From Lama guanicoe (taxonomy: Eukaryota), in contig MU054212.1 in NCBI GenBank assembly GCA_013239625.1, positions 5,988,270-6,052,269 on the forward strand: a DNA stretch of 64,000 nt, given 5' to 3'. Shown piece after piece: positions 51,475-63,708 of the stretch. Below the pieces are notes generated by a model. It saw nothing but the letters and a program-made list of their open reading frames with translations, was not told the origin of the DNA and ran no database searches. Positions within the stretch are counted from its first letter, which is position 1, and every line of letters starts with the position of its first letter. The position numbers and the translations under genes are program-made.

Positions 51475-52291
51475 TATACAGTGAATAGCATGTCTTTATT
51501 CTATTTACAGTACATTTGTTATAAATATAATACATTTTTGAAAAGCTTATTTTTTATTAACTTGAGTAGATTTATATTTTAAACAGATCAACTCAACTGT
51601 TAAAGTTACATAATAAAGAATATGATAATTTAAATGACAAAAATCTCTTATTGTGAAATAGTGCACTCTATGCCGAGATGAATGAGGGGGGAAAAAGTCA
51701 GACTCCTTCCAAAACTATACTCAAAGCATCAGAAAAAAATGTTTTCTTTTTACAAAGTTATGTATAAGCCATAGGAACCACCAGATGCTGAAGTATGAAG
51801 ACCCTATAACCAAAGTTCAAAACTGATTTTAGAGAATTGTGTGAAGCAAGACAGGAAAATCTGTATTTAGCACTCTATGGAATTTCACAGTAAAGCTGGA
51901 ATTTACAGACTAATGGCTTAACAGGAGTACTGCCAACATGGCCTTTTCTTCCTCAAAATCATCTCCTAATATTCAGATACCATCAGTTAAGTTGTAACAG
52001 CAGACTTAGACACTGGTTTTAAGATGGGGCTTAATAAGGTGCATGGATATGTTGAAATTCTGTATTATGAGCATGTAAATTATTATCAGGGTTTAAAGAA
52101 ATACAAAAAAGGAATTTAAGTATTCTCAGTCCAACGTGCTTTGCATCATCAACAAATTGACAAGTCAAAAGTATTCTGCAGTGATCCAACACCGACCTCC
52201 CAAACAAGTTAGGTATTTCAAATACTGCTGAAAAACCCATCCAGTAAAATAAAACTGATTCTTGTGGATTTCAGTACAAATCTGTAAGCTG
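51475..52291 (-). other. TRAPPC8: TRAPPC8 3'UTR (cleavage site approximate)
   Basis: AT-rich, non-repeat sequence running from the stop codon to the AATAAA signals. Confidence 0.7.
51495..51558 (-). terminator. TRAPPC8: TRAPPC8 polyadenylation signals (AATAAA at 51558-51553 and 51500-51495)
   Basis: Two TTTATT hexamers on the + strand. The distal one is directly preceded on the minus strand by TGTA elements (ATGTACTGTAAATAG-AATAAA). Confidence 0.65.
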
Positions 52292-52526
52292 TCACACATT
52301 ATTGATGATGATCAGGGCAGGCATAGAGTTCTGCTGACTTGTTTCAAACACTGTAACTTGGTCCGATAACTTGGCAAACACCCTAGGAGTTCCAAGGTTA
52401 TAAACACCTGTATGGACAAAGCATGCTTTCAGCTGCAAACTGTGAATCTCCTGGCTTTTAAGCTGCAGTTTATATTGTGTCTGTCCAAGCCACGTAAATG
52501 ATCCATGGATTTCCAAAGCTTCTGGG
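52292..52526 (-). CDS. TRAPPC8: TRAPPC8 last coding exon ((S)PEALEIHGSFTWLGQTQYKLQLKSQEIHSLQLKACFVHTGVYNLGTPRVFAK...PALIIINNV*)
   Basis: Acceptor GACTTAG|C (phase 2) and TGA stop at 52294-52292. I recognise the peptide as the TRAPPC8 C-terminus. Confidence 0.95.
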
Positions 52527-53443
52527 CTAAGTCAGGAGGAGGAAAATGGTAAGTTGGAGGCTTTTTTTCTTTATAAACTTTTCCCCAAAGTCCCACTAAC
52601 ACATCCCTTTCATCTAGCAATTCTATTTCTAGAAATCATTTTATGATGCCAACTGTTTAATTAACAGTTACTATACTCTAGGAACAATGCTAAGAATGAA
52701 TTATCTCATTTAACACTCACGAGAGCAGTTAGTAAGTGGTGGAACCTGATTTCAAACCTGAGCTTTTAACCACCTGGTTATCCACACATAAAAATATGTA
52801 CACAAGAATGCTTATAGTATTGAAACTGTTTATAATATTGAAAAATGGAAAGCAACCCTCTGTCTCCCAGTAAGGCATGAATTAATAAATTTGTGATACA
52901 CACAATCATCACACACAACGTGTGTCTGGATTTCAGAGGGCTGACCCAGATCCTGTTTGGAGTCTTCTACAATACGAACCAGTACACGTTTCACATCGCT
53001 CTGCTAGAAGTTCAAAAATTTCTAAATTCCAAAAAGCATCTAGTTCTTGGAGTATCAGACTTGAGAGTCTGGACCTGTATTTTTTTTTTTTGCTAAGTAT
53101 TATTTTCTAATAAGAAAACAAAACAAAACAAAAAAACCCTTCTACTATGAACTTGCTGATTTTCAATTTTAGAGTTCTTTAACTTTTATAAAAATGTTTG
53201 TCTCTGGCCAAAATAATTCGCTGCTTTTGGAAACTGCTTTCCATTTTGTCACTACTGAAGTGCCAAAACAATGCTCTGTAACTCTTTCTAATACTTCAGT
53301 AACAGCAAACAAAACCCCGGGGCATGCCTCAGCAAACTTTCTCTACCCACGTTAGGGAATTATTTGCATAATTTCAAAATATTAAAATGCTCTCAAATCA
53401 ATCTTTAACTACAAAATAAACTTGCCCTAAGTAAATTCTTTAC

Positions 53444-53533
53444 CTTGTTGTTTTATGCCGAAGATCAACTATTACATCGACGTCAGCCTTTGAACAATTG
53501 GAAAGTAAAAGGGTCACTGGTACTAAACAAAGA
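53444..53533 (-). CDS. TRAPPC8: TRAPPC8 penultimate exon (90 nt; (S)LCLVPVTLLLSNCSKADVDVIVDLRHKTT)
   Basis: Acceptor T10-CCCGTAG|T and donor AAG|GTAAAG. Phase 2 at both ends. Confidence 0.94.
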
Positions 53534-55154
53534 CTACGGGAAAAAAAAAATAAACAAAAAAGGTTAGCTGTGTACTGGGGAAAAAAAAAATCCTTGAAAA
53601 TAAAACTTAATGAGTATGAACAGATGAAGCTAACAGATGAAGCTCCTCAGAAACAATTAGATTCAGGTAAGGGAGAAAACCGAGCTCTAACCCCTTAGTC
53701 AAGGCAAATTAACCGTGTAAATAAGTAAAACCTATTAATACAATGCCTAAATACTAAGTATCAGAATATACACATCCACAAAACCATTTTACTTCCACTA
53801 GTTATAGCTAATCTTAAAAATTATCCAAATGTTTCTAGGTGGTTATTTCCCAAAACAAAAAACAGAAGTAAAAATCACGACTAAGATCGATGGAGAAGAA
53901 AAAAATCACAAAAATGCCAACAATTAATCCTGTTCTCTGTGTTTGTCGAAAATTACTTCATTTTGAGAACTTGGCCTAGATTGACATTTGCTTCTTTATC
54001 AAATTTGCATAAAAGCCATCACGTTTGGGAGAACATAAGAATCATTTCTGTACGGCAAGTTATGAGGACACATTTGCTCAGTTAGCCTAGTTTCTTCTCT
54101 AACTTTCTAATTAATAAGTGACTAAAGTGCAGGAGAGAGCGAGCAGGCAGTGACAGAAGAGAGCATACGAAGAGACTGGTGCAGGTTTCAAATCAAGAAC
54201 ATAAGAAAGGAATATAATCTCTCCCGTTCTCTCCTCAACTCCCACCCCTACTATGTAGTAACATTCTTCTCAAAACTCAGGAAGAACCTCTCTACTGTCA
54301 GATCCAGTGAACGACTTTCTGTCACATTTTAAACTGTTAACCACTTCTCTCTCCTTGCCCTGTCCTCCCTCCACCTTTGTGATGCCACCTTCTCCTCACT
54401 GGTCTTTTCTTCCTCATTCTTTGGCTGTTCTTTCTCAACGTCTTCTTCATGGACTCCTGCTTCCTTAGCTCATCTCTCAGACACCACAGTCCTACAGGTC
54501 ACCACTCTCCCTTGTTCTAGCCCAGCCCACCCCACCCCCATCCAGGATGACTGCACCAAAACTGACACCTTCACTTACAACGAACAGACTTCTCTCCGTC
54601 CTCTGTTAGCTGCAAACTAGCAACTTTTTGAAGTATCATCTGATTTAGGACTTTCTATTTTAGAACCTTAAATTCATATAATCAAGCTATTTACCGAAAT
54701 TATAAATACATAATTCTCCCCAAAAGTTTAGCACTCATAAATCTTAAGTAAATGACGCTGTCTAAATTTAAACTGTTCGATGAGTCTATACTGTAGTCAC
54801 GTCTTAGGTTTAACTTCTATATCAAAAACAAAAACAAAAGCAAAATGATATTAATACTTTTCCTTCTTTTTGACTTAATGATAAATCTGCTCATCAGAAG
54901 GAAATTTTTGGCAACTAAGTGGCTGAGGTAATATCTATCTTTTAACTAAAGCAGCAACATATAGGAATCGTAGTCAAGGGTAAAATTACTTAAGAGCAAT
55001 TTATATGGACTCAACACTGTTCCGAATTTCTTCTTCACTATTTGGATTAATGTCATTGTCAAAATAAATAAGAGTGTGTTTCTGTGGGGGCGTGCACACG
55101 TGTGTGTGTATACTGTAAAAAAAAAAAAAACCTAACAAAAGACAAATCTCAAAC

Positions 55155-55300
55155 CTTTTCTGGTGAAAGGGGTGGTTAAATGACTCTGGATAGTGAAGGC
55201 TCGTTTTAATGAGATTAGAAAGCTGCTCTACTGATGGTCTTGAGGAAACTGTAGTGTTTTCTGGCCTGAAAAATTTTAATAGTTCCATTTCTGGTGGCTC
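55155..55300 (-). CDS. TRAPPC8: TRAPPC8 internal exon (146 nt; EPPEMELLKFFRPEN...SLHYPESFNHPFHQK)
   Basis: Acceptor CTTTTCTCAG|GAG and donor AAG|GTTTGA. Phase 0 to 2. Overlaps track ORF 55001-55288. Confidence 0.94.
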
Positions 55301-55986
55301 CTGAGAAAAGAAAAAACATATGACAATGAAAACACTGCCTTGTTAAAATAAGTACAGCGCGTACGAACGAAGGAAGTTAAAACCAGTAGAAGTAATGCAA
55401 AGCATCAACAGTGTCTTTTCTGCTGTTACTTAAACTACAGTTGGAATCACATGCAGTGCACACTAGGACAAAGCAGCTAGGAGCTGGAACCATGTATTCC
55501 TTCTCTATTTATGATGTGCTGGGCTTAGACCTGCAATCGCACAACTGCACGTATTAGCTCTGGGATCCTGGGTACATTATTTAATACTTTAAGATGTAAA
55601 AAAGGGGTCCACAATAATAATTTCAAAAGTTGTTGTGGGTCTCATCAAATAAAACTGCTTAGTACTTAGCCCACAGACACTCAATTGTACAGCATCTATT
55701 TTAATAGTTAAAGAAAATGCTTTAAAATTTCATTTTTGAAAACAGACTGAGTTTAAAAAATTACAGTGTTTCAACTATATTAACTAAAGGTTAGCATGCA
55801 TGTAAAAATCTTAATATAGCTGTAAATATTTCAATAAATATCATCATCTAAATGAAAATAGAGAATAATGTTCCATTTCTACTATTATTATTTTCTTTCT
55901 TGGTTATTTTTTCTCCATTTTCCTTCACCATCTAGGAAATTTTGATTTTTAATTTCCTGCTAGCCTAGTCAGGTTCTGATTTATAC

Positions 55987-56211
55987 CGAGGACTGACAAG
56001 CTACAGCCCACAGGCCAAATCCAGCCTGCCTCCTGCTTTTGTAAAGGAAGTTTCATAGAAACACAATCACATCCATTTGTCTATACACTGGCTATGGTTG
56101 CTTTTAGACTCCAAGCAACAGAGATGAGTAATTCTGACAAAGACCTTCCGGCCAACAAAGTCTAAAATATTTACTCTCTGGCTTTTCTCAGGAAAAGTTC
56201 ACTGACCCTTG
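55987..56211 (+). mobile_element. MER58A-like hAT MITE with intact 8-bp TSD
   Basis: GGCCAAATCCAGCCTGCC...TCTAAAATATTTACTCTCTGGC consensus motifs. TSD ATTTATAC at 55979-55986 and 56212-56219. Confidence 0.85.
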
Positions 56212-57046
56212 ATTTATACAGTTGCAAAAGCAAGAATTAAATCTGCTTCTGACTTATGAGTGAGAGAAAAGCGACTAGACGTTTACTGTGGCGGAGGAAG
56301 ACATGTGCCTGGAAGGCAGTAGGAGCAGAATTTCTAGAGCACAGGTCATGTTCTCCTTCTTGATCCTGGTTATAGTGGAGTCTTCTTCAGCTTGTAAGTC
56401 AATGAGCTAGTCACTATTCTGCAGTTATGCTCTACTTTAATAAAAAGTTCCAGAAAGGTACTACTGTTTAATAGTCTAATCACTAAGAAAAACAATCTAT
56501 TATTTGAAACTTCAAAATTATACTAGATAACTCTCTACATACCACTTATTAGGAGGAAACCGCACGAACAATGGCCATTAAAAGATACCCAAACCCTTAC
56601 GTTAATTTGCTGAGGGAATATTTAGAAGAGTTTCCCTCCCTCCCAGCTTAAAAGCAACGACGAGTATCTTCACAATCAGAGCTGGACAATTCGTACAGTA
56701 GTTTCACAACAAGGATTTGATTCAACTTCATGGCAGACAGTTCCACCACAGGAGAGGCAAGCCATAAAGTACTATTACCCTTGTTTCATAAATAAGCTGA
56801 ACTTTATCAAGTTATGCAAGTAATTTGCATTAGGTCATCAGTTCGAAAGTCTCTGGGCTCCAAATACATTATTCTTAGTATGATGAACCTGCTGCCTCTC
56901 TCAACTCAGTTAATCATGTGAAGAGAATATAAAATATCTCAAAGGTGAAACACAGAGAAATAAAAAGGATATGCCCTACACAGTATTTTAGTAAAACAAG
57001 AATGTAACAAGAGTATACTTTATAGAAAGCACTTTGTTTCATTTTC

Positions 57047-57130
57047 CTTTTTGTTGTTGTTAACGGAGGTACTGGGGCTTGAACCCAGGACCTTATGCAT
57101 ACACTTGACCACTGAGCTGTATCCTTTCCC
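57047..57130 (-). mobile_element. Vic-1-like SINE (short form, 9-nt internal deletion) in a TRAPPC8 intron
   Basis: Reverse-complement tRNA-like head. 12-bp TSD TGTTTCATTTTC at 57035-57046 and 57131-57142. Confidence 0.85.
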
Positions 57131-57329
57131 TGTTTCATTTTCTAAATGCTAATCTTGCCTTGTCTGAGATGTTCCAAATTATCAAAATATGACAATTTAC
57201 AAGTAAAACTTGAGATTCTTGTATTAATCAAATCAATTTGAGAAAAACAACTTTCTTAAAATAAGAAACAGATTTGGCATTAAATTTGTTACCTTCATTA
57301 AACCTAACAGAAAATTTCCGTTAGTAATC

Positions 57330-58005
57330 ACTAAAGTAAAAATTGATTCAAATTACAGAATTACCAATGGATGCTAAAACTAATGGACTTAACGTGGATG
57401 AGAAATCAGACATTTACACAGTCCCCACATATTACGCATTATAGTCCCATATATTACTTACTCTTATATAAAAGAAAAAATAGTAACTGTACTGTGGAGA
57501 AACATGGCAGACACTATCTTAATCAAATGGTCCATCACTGACAATGGAACAAATCAGTATCATGTGCCTTCTGATGCAATACACTGACAAGGACATAACA
57601 TCACTTAGGTAGTATTTCAGCCAAAAATGTACAACCTTAATCTAATTATGAGGAAACATGAGAAAAATCCAAAGAGGCATTAAGTCTACATTAAAATAAC
57701 TGGCCAATGCTCTTCAAACATGTCAATGTCATAATTGACAAATAAAGGTTCAGAAACTGTTCCAGGTTAAAGGAGACTAAAGAGACAAGAAAAGTACATG
57801 AAATGCACGATCCTGGACTAAATTCTGGACAGGAAAAAACAAACTAAGACCTCTGATGACATGTGAATACGGACTGTCTAAGTCAGCACATCAGCCAAAA
57901 TGTTAACCACTGGGGAACCTGAATGAGAGGCAGAAGAGAGTCCTTTAACTACTCTTGCAGCTTTAAGTTTTAAAATTACTTCCAAAAAAAGTTGTCAAAA
58001 ATAAT
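57330..58005 (+). mobile_element. Ancient L1MC-type 3' fragment
   Basis: ACTGTGGAGAAACATGGCAGACAC...AATCTAATTATGAGGAAACA...TTAAAGGAGACTAAAGAGACA motifs. Confidence 0.65.
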
Positions 58006-58553
58006 AGGGAGAAAAGTTTAAAAATTAAGATTCATTGTTTATAAACACAATACAAGGTCACTGTCTGAATTACAGGACTAAATATGCTTAAATTTTATTT
58101 ATATGTGCTATGAGAACTTTTTGTAAGATTAAATAGTATTTTAGGGAAAATAAGAAAATAAACAGTATTACCAGCTGCTGCACAACTCCAGAGGCCATCC
58201 TTTACATTGTATGACAGGCCCCCTGGAGTTGTGCCATGGTGTGTGCCCGTTAAACAACAAACAAGAAAATATAGAGAATATGGTCCCCTTCCTCTCAAAG
58301 AAATCAGTTCGTTTTATAACTATGAATTCCAGATTCAACAGAGAATATATCTTAGGAAGCCCCAGATCTTAAAACTCTTATAAAATGCCAATGAACTTTA
58401 AAATCAATTTATGCTCATTTCTAATTTTAATCACCTTTCTGCCACCAACACCCAACTCAATCCCCATATAAAAGCTGCAGAAGCCAGGCACCTTCAAAAA
58501 CACAAAAACCCTACAAGTTCACAGGAAAGCCCCAAAGCAAACTCTGCCGTTAC

Positions 58554-58655
58554 CTGTTTCTGAGGATGTGAAAAAGCTTCTTTTCCTATAGTGCGAAGAA
58601 CAACGTGATGCTGACCTTCCAAAATAAGCTGCTTACTGTCTTCAACTACGTATGC
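58554..58655 (-). CDS. TRAPPC8: TRAPPC8 internal exon (102 nt; AYVVEDSKQLILEGQHHVVLRTIGKEAFSHPQKQ)
   Basis: Acceptor CCTCTTAG|GCA and donor CAG|GTAACG. 34 open codons, phase 0 at both ends. Confidence 0.93.
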
Positions 58656-61477
58656 CTAAGAGGTACAAAGCACAAAAATGTTACCCTGCTTGGCAGTCAC
58701 CAGTGCAACATCAGATGGAAAGCAGAGGTATTATGGCTAATATCTATCAGTTATCAATGCTCGCGGTGTCGGCATTTCTACTTGTATTCAGTCATTCGGT
58801 CAATAATGTACCTGTCAAAATCTGCTCTGCTCAATATAAAACAGTTGGCCTTGATATTTGAGAGAGACATCTTGAAATCTTTTCCAGTCTTCTCTAGAGT
58901 GCTTAAGAAACTAGTCCAAATAAACAGTGCCATACCATAACCCAAGCTTTTCTCTTTACTGGGCTGCCAATACACAGGCAAAGGGCTTTTTCTTATAGTC
59001 TTGCTTCTGAAGTGCACCAGGATTTATCACACAGTAGAGCAAAATCAGGGAGTACGATTATAAATCCTGTAAGTGGAAACGTCATGTCCTTGGAGATCTT
59101 AAATTTAAGTACATATGCTTTAAAAAAAAAACTTTTTTCTTTCTTCTTTCTATACAGTGAACTGATTTCATCTACATTAAGACACTTATTCCAGCACGTA
59201 ATTCTTCTTCTTGAACTTCTTCTGTCCTGGAGAAAATAAAATCTGTAAATGGCTGATATACTGCTACTGTCACATTAAGTATATATAGACGCTTAAATTT
59301 TTTTTTTGGACAAGCCCTATTTGTTTACTATTAGATTCCACAGACTCAAAATTACTCAGTCAAAGTGCTATAAAATGTTCCTAAATGTTTTTTTTCAATT
59401 GCTATACTTATCACAAAAAGTGACGATTTGCCATCCATGGATCACACTTGGAGAAGTGCTGCACTAAGGCAGAGGACAGTCCAGGACCTGCTCAGCATCC
59501 ATCCATGCACAACTCAGAAATGCAGGAGTTAAATACCTGATGGGGTAACCTTTAACCTCGAGAGGATGCCAGCTGACAGATGCGTTCTGAGACAGGTCAT
59601 AGAGCTTTTCCAGTGGTCTCATTGCACCAAACAAAAGTCCACCCAAAGTCCACCCACAGCCATGCATAATCTCGTAATGCATTCTCTCCCCTGCACAAAG
59701 GCTTCATTTTTAAAACAAACCTTTATTTTTGGTTAAAACTGATTGGGAGTTGCACCCTTTCCAAACACTTTTTTACAAAAAGTGTTGTCCAAGTTCTTAG
59801 CTTTCTCCTGAATCATATTTTATGAGAGTACTACGTTTTCTATGCACACCACTCCGCAACTTAAATGACTTGTCAAGTTTTCTTGCACTCAAGGGGGTCC
59901 TTTGGGCATTACCTACAGCCCTCACTAAAAAAAAATCTACTAGTCACTTTCTCATACAAGTTGAACAATAAACTTCTCATAGACACTAGCACTACCAAAC
60001 TTAATATCCCGTCCTGTAATGCATTCAAACTTCCATTTCCTAACCAAGGAGCATCACGATCGTGGGTAGTTTTCTTCGTGTGATCAGCAATGTTATTAAT
60101 GGGTTTCTATACAGAGTGATTTTTTAAAAAGATAACCCATTCCCCCCAACCAAGGTTACTGTGGGCTCAACAATGAGTACATAATACAGGATACATACTC
60201 AAATTCTTGTCTCAGAGATATTAGATTGTTACACGGCAGGAATCTGTGGAGTGACAGCTACAAGAACCAAAGGTCTATTATACATTTAATGGACAGCTGC
60301 TTTACATTAGGGGGCAATGCTACTGAGCCTGAAAATAAGATCCTCTTGATTCTAAACTTCAAGAACATTTAATTTCAAGCTGATAATATGCAACTTATGT
60401 TTTTAACATTAAACACCTTCAACTTTCTATAATCAACAAAAGTATCAATTTGCTTAAGCAGTTTTATTAGAACTCAAAGCCAGCTTGCTTTCAGAAAAGT
60501 TTATTTTAAAGTATGCAGTTTAATAAAAAGAACAGTCTAGAACATCTGAATCAATTGAAAATACATGTTCTGATCATCTACTATGCGCATGTCTCTCTAT
60601 GTTAGGCCTTGTATCGGCACAAAATCAAACTTCTTCACATAGTTCATGTGAATATCCCTGGTCAAGATCCTAAATCTTCCTGTAAAATCATTTTTTTTTT
60701 AAAGTGATAACATATTTAAGATCCAAAAGGATGCACTGTGAAAAATAAACCTCCTCTGTATTATACTGCATTTAACTAGGGAAGACCAATGCCTGACAAC
60801 CTCATTGTGGTCTGCTATGTGTGATTTTTAATTAAAATGATATTTTCAAATAATCTGGAAAAATTAAAATACAGATCAACAATTAGATAATTATAAAGAA
60901 TTACTGTTAATTTGGGTGAGATGATAGTAATATGGTGGGGTTATATTAAACAAGAATGTCCTCATCTGTTAGAAATACATACAAAAGCATTTACAGATGA
61001 AATATTATATCATTAGAAATATATATACTAAGCAAAAAATAAAGGAAGGTAAAAATAAAAGAAAATAAAGCAAACGAGCTAAAGCAGTAGATAAAATATG
61101 AACAGCAACAAATTAGTGGCTGTTGGAGAATGAGTAATGGGTACCTAGAGATTCACGGTGCTATGTTCCCTTTTTCATAGTTTGAAAATGCCCACATAAG
61201 AGTTTAATAACAGCTTGTTTTCATGGGGCTTATCCAGTCTACAATATTCTCAGTATCTGTTACAAGTAACAGCAACACAAAAGAAAGTCATCTAATTTCA
61301 GTGAACTCTTCCTTAGGGAAAAAAGTCATTTTGGAACTGTTAAGAAAGTTATAAAACAACTTTAACACTGAAACTGGAAATTTTAAGCAGAGAAAATAAA
61401 AACAGAAGTTTACATTTACTCTTCAGCTTAAGAATCAACATAAGTGGGGCTTGCTGGAATAGTTTAATAATACATAC

Positions 61478-61651
61478 CTTCCACAATACGACGATATTCA
61501 AATCCACCTCATTGCACTTCTGAATTAATCTCATAGCATCCTCTACGGATTGTTTTTCTGTGTGCACAGACGACTGCGCTTGTGGTTTCTTCAGTTCAGA
61601 GGATAAGCTTCTATAGAAGAAGTCTGCACATGGGCTTGCTGAACTTACTAT
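61478..61651 (-). CDS. TRAPPC8: TRAPPC8 internal exon (174 nt; IVSSASPCADFFYRSL...NEVDLNIVVLWK)
   Basis: Acceptor TTTTAACAG|ATA and donor AAG|GTATGT. 58 open codons, phase 0 at both ends. Confidence 0.93.
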
Positions 61652-62739
61652 CTGTTAAAAGAAAATCGCTTGTCTACATTAAATGTTTTTAATTCGGTAT
61701 ATACCCCGCCAAAATTGGTATTTCTACTACTTACATATACCCCAAAGGCTTATTCAATAATTTCTTATCAATCTGGTTGAATGCAAGAAGGACACCCTAA
61801 GACATGAACACCTGAAGTATTTGGTACAAATTACCCTGAATCTTAAAGCTCAAAATCATAAATCTACACTGCCATGACATTAGCTGTGACCTTCCAGGTA
61901 GCCAGGTAGGACGAATGGGTATTTCTAAGAAAATGAATAAAAATTAAATTGCTGAAAAGAAATTATGATTTTTTTTTACTATTAAAATAAGTATGTTTCA
62001 TTCAAATACTTGGAACACTAGGTGACATCCAATGAAACAAAACGCAAATGAAGTTACCGGCATTAACTTGGCTTTTAGACTTGAAAGCAAAGAACCTGAG
62101 AAAAGATTTTTAAACAGACTCAGAACTACAGAATTTCTCTTAATGGAATACTGTATTTCATAGTAAAATCTCTACACTTCACAATTTCCTGCTTTATAAA
62201 CTATATTATATAGATGATAAGATTCAAGTTAGTTATTAAATATTAATAAATATACAGATTTTCCCCCTTAGACATGAACTTTTTCTGGTAAACCACTGTT
62301 CACATAGTTATCTCATTAACCTCTAGTGCTTGGTAAGTTTTATTTACTCCTTCAGTGCTCCTATACAAAATTATTAATAACAAATATAATAAAACTATAA
62401 CCTTAATGTAATTTAAGAGTCCTGATGATGTTTCTAAGGATTTCAATTTATTAAAAAAAGACATGACCGAAAAAACAACTGAAGTCCTAAAAGGTAAAAT
62501 TCAACCATGCGGGAAGCATAGTGTCTCCAAAATTCATACTTGTTCTAGAATTACTGGACTTTTGGTGTTCTGGGATATTTCCAAATAGCTGCTTCCTCAA
62601 AAGACAGTACAAAGAGTGAGCCAGATGAAGGCAAATGATAAGAGAAATACAAAAGTGTAAGTATATTAGGAATCATCAAGGGGAAAAGCACAAAGAAGAA
62701 ATAATACCAGTAACAGCACACAACTACAGGAAATTTGGG

Positions 62740-63095
62740 CCAGTATTTTTCAAAGCAGGTCCCCAAATCACCTCTTCAGATTACTTGCAGGGCTAATGAA
62801 AATGCGTATTCCCAAACTCTACCCAAAGTATCATGAACCAGAGTTCTAGAGGTGGGGAGGCAAATCTTTCATTTTTACAAAAATTTTCTAGATAAAAAAT
62901 AGAGTATGAGACTGATAACCGCAACATCACCTGGGTGCTTTAGCATTAGAACCCCAAGTCTCATCCAGTTCCACTGACTGACAATTAGCATTTTAACAAG
63001 ACCCCTGCAATGTGACATGCACATGATTTCAAAGTTTGAAAACCGCTTTCCAGGTGGTTCTAACATGCAATTAATTAGAGAGTTATCACTACCCT
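62740..63095. mobile_element. MER5-type hAT MITE fragments (similar copies near 34120-34290, 38015-38200, 48615-48860)
   Basis: GCATTTTAACAAGACCC, AAAGTTTGAAAACC and CCAGGTGGTTCTAACATGCA motifs. Confidence 0.55.
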
Positions 63096-63493
63096 AGACA
63101 ATACATTTAAAATTATAAAACAGCTTACTATTTGGGTCTCAGAACCACAATATTCCAAAATCCAGAGGATTATCATCTGTATGATCCACTGTGACTGTCT
63201 TTCCAAATAAACAGGTTCCTTCCTGTAATCCTGTTTCTTTTTGTAATCCCAAGGACTACACTTATCTCATGAGTATCTTACCATCTCAAAAGAAATAACT
63301 AATTAAAATGGTACACTCCACGTGGCATTTTTGTTTGCTCTGGAGCACAAGGACAAGTCGCAAAACCCAACAAAGCTAGCACGCATATCCACCAAAGAAC
63401 GTGGGGATTAATAAGCTATGGTTTCGCCAAAATAGTCAAGATATTCCAGAATTGTGACTTAAAAATCAAACACTACTGTGTTTATTTGCATAC

Positions 63494-63552
63494 CTGTTCG
63501 CTTCCAAAGATGATATCTGCAAAGGTGTATCTTTCTGAGGACTGTGAAGCAA
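63494..63552 (-). CDS. TRAPPC8: TRAPPC8 internal exon (59 nt; (V)ASQSSERYTFADIIFGSEQ)
   Basis: Acceptor TTTTTTAG|TT and donor CAG|GTATGC. Phase 1 to 0. Confidence 0.9.
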
Positions 63553-63642
63553 CTAAAAAACAAGGGAAAACAAACTAATCATATCACTGGCATGAAATAT
63601 AAAGTGAATCATTTAAGAAAGGGTGACAGTAAATGAAGTTAC

Positions 63643-63708
63643 CTTCTTCCTTACATCGTATTGCCTTGAAGCAAAACTTCCCCTTCTCTCTGCTGGCGAG
63701 TTTGGCAT
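63643..63708 (-). CDS. TRAPPC8: TRAPPC8 internal exon (66 nt; (D)AKLASREKGKFCFKAIRCKEE)
   Basis: Acceptor TTCCTAG|AT and donor GAAG|GTAACT. Phase 1 at both ends, in frame with the downstream exons. Confidence 0.88.
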
